A model generated the notes under the pieces. The model was not told the DNA's origin and did no database searches. It worked only from the letters and a program-made list of their open reading frames with translations. From positions 1 to 54,712 of the IMG/VR virus record IMGVR_UViG_3300045988_057894: a stretch of DNA of 54,712 nucleotides. One strand, written 5' to 3'. Every line of letters starts with the position of its first letter. Position 1 is the first letter of the stretch. The position numbers and the translations under genes were made by a program. Positions 51,110-54,712 of this stretch are shown here, piece after piece. The DNA comes from a virus.

Positions 51110-51429
51110 GCGGTCTTGTCCTCAGTGTCAGTTGCCAGCAGGGACTTGGAAGCATCCACGAACATCTCAAGCAGAACGCCCATCAGGTCTTCCTTATCCT
51201 CGATGTGCTGGAACATTTCGTCCACGACCTTGCGCTTGATGCCCTTATTCCGTGCAATGAAAGCACCATAGAACAGGGCGCGAGAGTTGGACAGCAGATT
51301 GGTCATCTGGGTGTACTGGCCAATCTGAAAACCTGCACGTTCGGTGGCTTCCACGCTGTCACGAGTGAAAGTCAGCTCGTAAGTGTTCTTACCATCGGGG
51401 GAATGAAAGTTGATAACCTTAGCAGCCAT
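51082..51429 (-). CDS. Tail assembly chaperone G
   Basis: AAAGGAG RBS. 115 aa, between the major tail protein and the tape measure. Confidence 0.68.
   Translation of the reverse strand: MAAKVINFHSPDGKNTYELTFTRDSVEATERAGFQIGQYTQMTNLLSNSRALFYGAFIARNKGIKRKVVDEMFQHIEDKEDLMGVLLEMFVDASKSLLATDTEDKTAKNATWEIV
51103..51109 (-). promoter_or_regulatory. Slippery heptamer A AAA AAC for the G/GT programmed -1 frameshift
   Basis: In the G frame it reads GC A AAA AAC. The -1 frame continues AAA AAA CGC AAC GTG GGA, which is the T ORF. Confidence 0.65.
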
Positions 51430-51513
51430 AATAAATGCTCTCCTTTATAAATAGGGGCAGAACCAAATCCGATGTTCAGTTCTGCCCAGTTTGATTGATT
51501 CGATTTTTGCGGT

Positions 51514-51951
51514 TTAGCCGCCATTGACAGTCAGGGCCTCGCTGAACTCAGGCTTCTTGGTGAAGATGCAGTTGATGGTCATTTCCACAACCTCGTCCAC
51601 GCCAAAGCCGGACAGGCCAACCTGATGCATACCCTGCCAAGTGAAGCCGGAGCCGTCCTGCATCTTCAGGGCGTAATACTTCACGGTGTTGCTCTCGGAA
51701 GTCTCATCATAGCCAGCCTCCTTGACCTTCTTGTAGTCAGTCTTGTTGTAGTTGGCAGTAAAGGACTTGGTGTCACTCTGGATAATGCCAAAGATGTTGA
51801 CCTGCATAGGGTCAGACAGAGTAGTGGCATCCAGAAGGTTAGGTTCGGAGATTAGGTCGGGTACATCCTTGATGTCGCACAGCTTCGTCAGAGCGGTTGC
51901 GCTGTCGCCACAATACAGGGTGGTATTCAGACCGGAGATAGCAGTACTCAT
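51514..51951 (-). CDS. Major tail protein
   Basis: AAGGAGG RBS. 145 aa, located upstream of the chaperones. Confidence 0.68.
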   Translation of the reverse strand: MSTAISGLNTTLYCGDSATALTKLCDIKDVPDLISEPNLLDATTLSDPMQVNIFGIIQSDTKSFTANYNKTDYKKVKEAGYDETSESNTVKYYALKMQDGSGFTWQGMHQVGLSGFGVDEVVEMTINCIFTKKPEFSEALTVNGG

Positions 51952-51966
51952 AGAATGTTTACCTCC

Positions 51967-52368
51967 TTAGTTTCGGTAAATCATTCCGTCCTCTCCGATT
52001 GTTGCCCCGTAGCTGCAATCAATCCGATAGACGGAATTGTTGTACAGCCCACTCAACGGGGCAAACGACTTGCGATAAAATTTAAGCGGTTCAAGAACAG
52101 AATCCACGATGCCAACAATGGAACGTGCTTCTGCAATGCGTCCGGTGTTCTTGTTAGAGTAGACCCGCACACGCAGGGAAACGGCGGCGTACTTGCTGTG
52201 ACCAGCAGAATCAATGTGCACAGGAAGATTGTTGTTTTCCTCTATCTGCACACACGGAAACTTCTTGACATTGCTGTCATTGATTTCACCAGTAACAAAG
52301 ATGCCGGGAACTTGCTTTCGCAGCTCCTTAGCAACGGCCGTGAAGATAGAATTGAAATAATCAATCAA
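51967..52368 (-). CDS. Tail terminator / tail completion protein
   Basis: Position between the neck proteins and the major tail protein. Confidence 0.55.
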   Translation of the reverse strand: MIDYFNSIFTAVAKELRKQVPGIFVTGEINDSNVKKFPCVQIEENNNLPVHIDSAGHSKYAAVSLRVRVYSNKNTGRIAEARSIVGIVDSVLEPLKFYRKSFAPLSGLYNNSVYRIDCSYGATIGEDGMIYRN

Positions 52369-52886
52369 CTATTCCAAACCTCCCTCCACGTTGCTTCGAC
52401 CTGAGAAGCCATTTCCTCAACAGCCCCCCACATAGCCATAGCTGGCTCGTTGCCGTCGGTGTAATTCAACTGACCTTTGCCGTCCACTTCCTTAACAGGA
52501 GTGCCAGCATTGCCGGATTCTCCGTAGTAATACCATCTGCGGTTTGCACCTTGCCCTTTGCCGTAGGAGCCATGCGCCCCAACGCCGGGCGGTAGTTCGC
52601 CGCCATATCCGTTGTGATGCGCGCCAGTGCCAAACTCGATAAAGGCAACTGCTTTGCCCTCTGCAATGATGGTGCAGGTGTTTCCGTTCTGCTCAACACG
52701 GCAAGAGACATCGTTGCTACCGGCATATTCTGCATTCGCAAAGCGAACTTTCGCCACATCAAGCCCTCTATCAGCCAACGCCCTCGCAAACTCCTGTGCT
52801 TTTTGATTCAGGGTGGTCTTGTACTCCTGTATCTGACGTTCCGCATCACGAAGTCCGGCATCGCTCAACCTCACTTTAATTTTCAC
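52365..52886 (-). CDS. HK97 gp10-like head-tail joining protein
   Basis: AVAFIEFGTGAHH motif and position. Confidence 0.6.
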   Translation of the reverse strand: MKIKVRLSDAGLRDAERQIQEYKTTLNQKAQEFARALADRGLDVAKVRFANAEYAGSNDVSCRVEQNGNTCTIIAEGKAVAFIEFGTGAHHNGYGGELPPGVGAHGSYGKGQGANRRWYYYGESGNAGTPVKEVDGKGQLNYTDGNEPAMAMWGAVEEMASQVEATWREVWNS

Positions 52887-53250
52887 TTGCAGCCACCTCT
52901 TTCAGCGCATACAACGTGTCCGTGATATGCTCTGCGACCTTGACCACAATGTAGTTAAAAGGCTTTGAAACGTCCGTCTGAAACCAGACGTGCGTGCCCT
53001 CATAAAGTGGAGTGTTATGCTTTTTGCTGGATGAACTGACCACATAGCTGTAATCCGTGAACGCCCCAAAAGGGCTTGCTTCCGCAGAACCAGTAGGCGG
53101 GCTGACGTTCAGAATCAGCTTTGCAGGGTCACTCCACGTCTGCGATGTCTCGCCAGTTTCGTTTCCCCATTCGTCCACAACAGGCGTTTTCTCGCCAACA
53201 GGGTTCGAGTACCACAGCGGGCGCTTGTCCAGCGGGCTTCCATTGAACAT
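52876..53250 (-). CDS. Head closure / head-tail adaptor protein
   Basis: Call rests on position in the connector cluster. Confidence 0.5.
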   Translation of the reverse strand: MFNGSPLDKRPLWYSNPVGEKTPVVDEWGNETGETSQTWSDPAKLILNVSPPTGSAEASPFGAFTDYSYVVSSSSKKHNTPLYEGTHVWFQTDVSKPFNYIVVKVAEHITDTLYALKEVAASEN

Positions 53251-53594
53251 CAGCCGATAACACCTACTCTCGGAACAACTTCATTCAGCAGAGACTGCGC
53301 CACATCGGAGCTTTCCCACACACGAGTGATGCCGTTGTTGGTATAGCTCGTCTGTCCATTTGCGCCGATGTGGTTATACAGTTCCGCTGCAATGCGTATC
53401 TGCAACGACTCATATTGCGAGGGCAGCTCGTCCGGTCTGTTACCAAAGGGGTAGCCCTGTGCAAATATCTTGTCTTTGGCGAAATCAAGCAGCAGGTCGA
53501 AGAGTGGGTAGTCCTCGTCCGTGATTTCACGGTCAAGTGCTGGGGCAATGTACTGCCCCAGCTTGACTGCCGATTCAGAATACTGGTCTCCCAT
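53250..53594 (-). CDS. gp6-like head-tail connector protein
   Basis: First gene after the capsid gene. About 114 aa, acidic and helical. Confidence 0.55.
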   Translation of the reverse strand: MGDQYSESAVKLGQYIAPALDREITDEDYPLFDLLLDFAKDKIFAQGYPFGNRPDELPSQYESLQIRIAAELYNHIGANGQTSYTNNGITRVWESSDVAQSLLNEVVPRVGVIG

Positions 53595-53614
53595 GCTGCT
53601 TTCCTCCTTTCGCC

Positions 53615-54694
53615 TTAGTAAGCCTTGATGCAGTACACAGCGTCCATGCGCTCAAAGGACGGCAGGACGATTTCGGAAGCGTAGACGTTGGCGTTGACCG
53701 GATGAACGGTCAGCTCAGTGGTGATGGCAACGCCAGTGTTCACGATGGACACGGATGCGCCAGACTGACCAGACAGCAAGTCGGCCTCTTCAGGAGTAGT
53801 GCCGTACCAAGTGCTGCCCAGAGCGCCGGAAGGAGCAACCACCACCATGCCATCGGGCAGGTACTTCTCACTTGCGCTGTACTGGTCTGCCTTGAACATC
53901 TTGTCATAAAGATGGATGGTCAGACCGGTTGCAGATTCGATAATCTGCCGTGCTTCGGCATCCAGCAGAACAGCATTTGCCTTTGCGGTGACGGTCATGA
54001 ACCGGTTCTTCACCTCGTCCGCAGCAATCATGTTGCGGAAGGTTGCGGTGTTCATGTAAACCTCAGTCACGACCTCGCCCACGCTCGCCAGAACAGCATC
54101 CTTTGCGGCGTTCAGGTCGGCAATGGGGGTGGCGGTGGCAGCAGACCACTTAGACTTTGCGACACCACTGATATCCTTAAAGTTGGTGGACTTCCAGCCG
54201 CCGTCCGGGTCGTAGTTGTAGGTGTAGTTCACGCCGTTTGCCTTGATGGTGATGCCAGGAATGCCATTGGCGGGAGCCAGAAGCTGCCAGATCATGCGCT
54301 CAGGAACGATACGCGCACCAGTGATAAGCTGTGCGGTGTCATCGTACAGACGGTTCATCACGTCGCGAGCATAGGGGTCGTTGCTGTCCAGAACACGCAG
54401 GATTTCCTGACGGTCTTTCTCGCCCAGATGGTAGCCCTCACGGAAGAACGGCATCTCGGTCTCATCGAACTTAAAGCCCTCACGGGTGCGGAAGGTGGCC
54501 TTTGCATCAAATGCGCTGGGCATCAGAGAAACGCCAACGCCCTTGTGACCACGAAGCCACTTCAGGTCGAGACCGGCCTTCTTCTTTGCGGGGAACAGTG
54601 CGTCAGATGCGAAAGGCATCGCATTGGTGGGGTCGTTCGTCCAATAGGCGGCAATCGCAGCCGGGGCAAAGACTTCCTTAAGATTCAGTGCCAT
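53615..54694 (-). CDS. Major capsid protein (lambda gpE-like family by recollection)
   Basis: 359 aa. Follows the scaffold and decoration genes across the circular junction. Its first 101 nt are duplicated at 1-101. Confidence 0.82.
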   Translation of the reverse strand: MALNLKEVFAPAAIAAYWTNDPTNAMPFASDALFPAKKKAGLDLKWLRGHKGVGVSLMPSAFDAKATFRTREGFKFDETEMPFFREGYHLGEKDRQEILRVLDSNDPYARDVMNRLYDDTAQLITGARIVPERMIWQLLAPANGIPGITIKANGVNYTYNYDPDGGWKSTNFKDISGVAKSKWSAATATPIADLNAAKDAVLASVGEVVTEVYMNTATFRNMIAADEVKNRFMTVTAKANAVLLDAEARQIIESATGLTIHLYDKMFKADQYSASEKYLPDGMVVVAPSGALGSTWYGTTPEEADLLSGQSGASVSIVNTGVAITTELTVHPVNANVYASEIVLPSFERMDAVYCIKAY

Positions 54695-54712
54695 GTTGTT
54701 TTACCTCTTATT
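54594..54712. repeat. Second copy of the terminal overlap (identical to 1-119)
   Basis: Base-for-base identity, read by eye. Confidence 0.9.

Noticed and set aside
46684-51271. Plus-strand ORFs of 119-312 aa across the tape-measure and chaperone region
   Set aside because: They are antisense to a continuous, well-supported 1343-aa gene. They have Cys/Phe/Ser/Arg-rich junk composition and no RBSs.

Overview
This window is a complete circular temperate siphovirus-type genome. Bases 1-119 exactly repeat 54594-54712 (assembly overlap), so the unique circle is 54,593 bp and the major capsid gene spans the junction. AGGAGG-type ribosome-binding sites, a GH25 lysin, an LL-H-like holin and XkdX-like and ArpU-like genes suggest a Firmicutes, probably clostridial, host (inference).

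The minus strand carries the packaging, head, tail and lysis modules. These are the large terminase, portal, scaffold, decoration protein, capsid, connectors, major tail protein, G/GT chaperones, tape measure, distal tail and fibre genes, endolysin and holins.

The minus strand also carries a long early operon. It runs from a cro-like gene through a Bro-N/KilAC antirepressor, ERF, SSB, a RecU-like nuclease, many small Cys-rich ORFs, a PAPS-reductase-like gene, the small terminase, an ASCH protein, a replisome organiser, DnaB and a winged-helix initiator.

I found no integrase. A plus-strand cassette instead has a perfect DnaA box, five 22-bp iterons, a Rep_3-like initiator, ParA and a ribbon-helix-helix ParG-like protein, so the element reads as a phage-plasmid. 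A second, unrelated iteron field (14 ATAGTCG(T/C)A-type sites) abuts the DnaB module, giving two candidate origins.

Other points worth a second look:
- A GC-rich five-gene operon of compositionally odd proteins with its own regulator (35.5-39.1 kb).
- An AT-rich AAA+ cassette coupled to the par genes.
- A 670-bp ORF-free, promoter-to-terminator unit between terminase and portal that holds tRNA-Met and an aberrant tRNA-like element.
- GC-rich ORF-free islands flanking a small plus-strand cassette.
- The small and large terminase genes lying 14 kb apart.

Two genes are broken at homopolymers and one carries an in-frame TAG. These may be biological or may be base-calling errors.

All family assignments rest on motifs recognised by eye. 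No database search was run.
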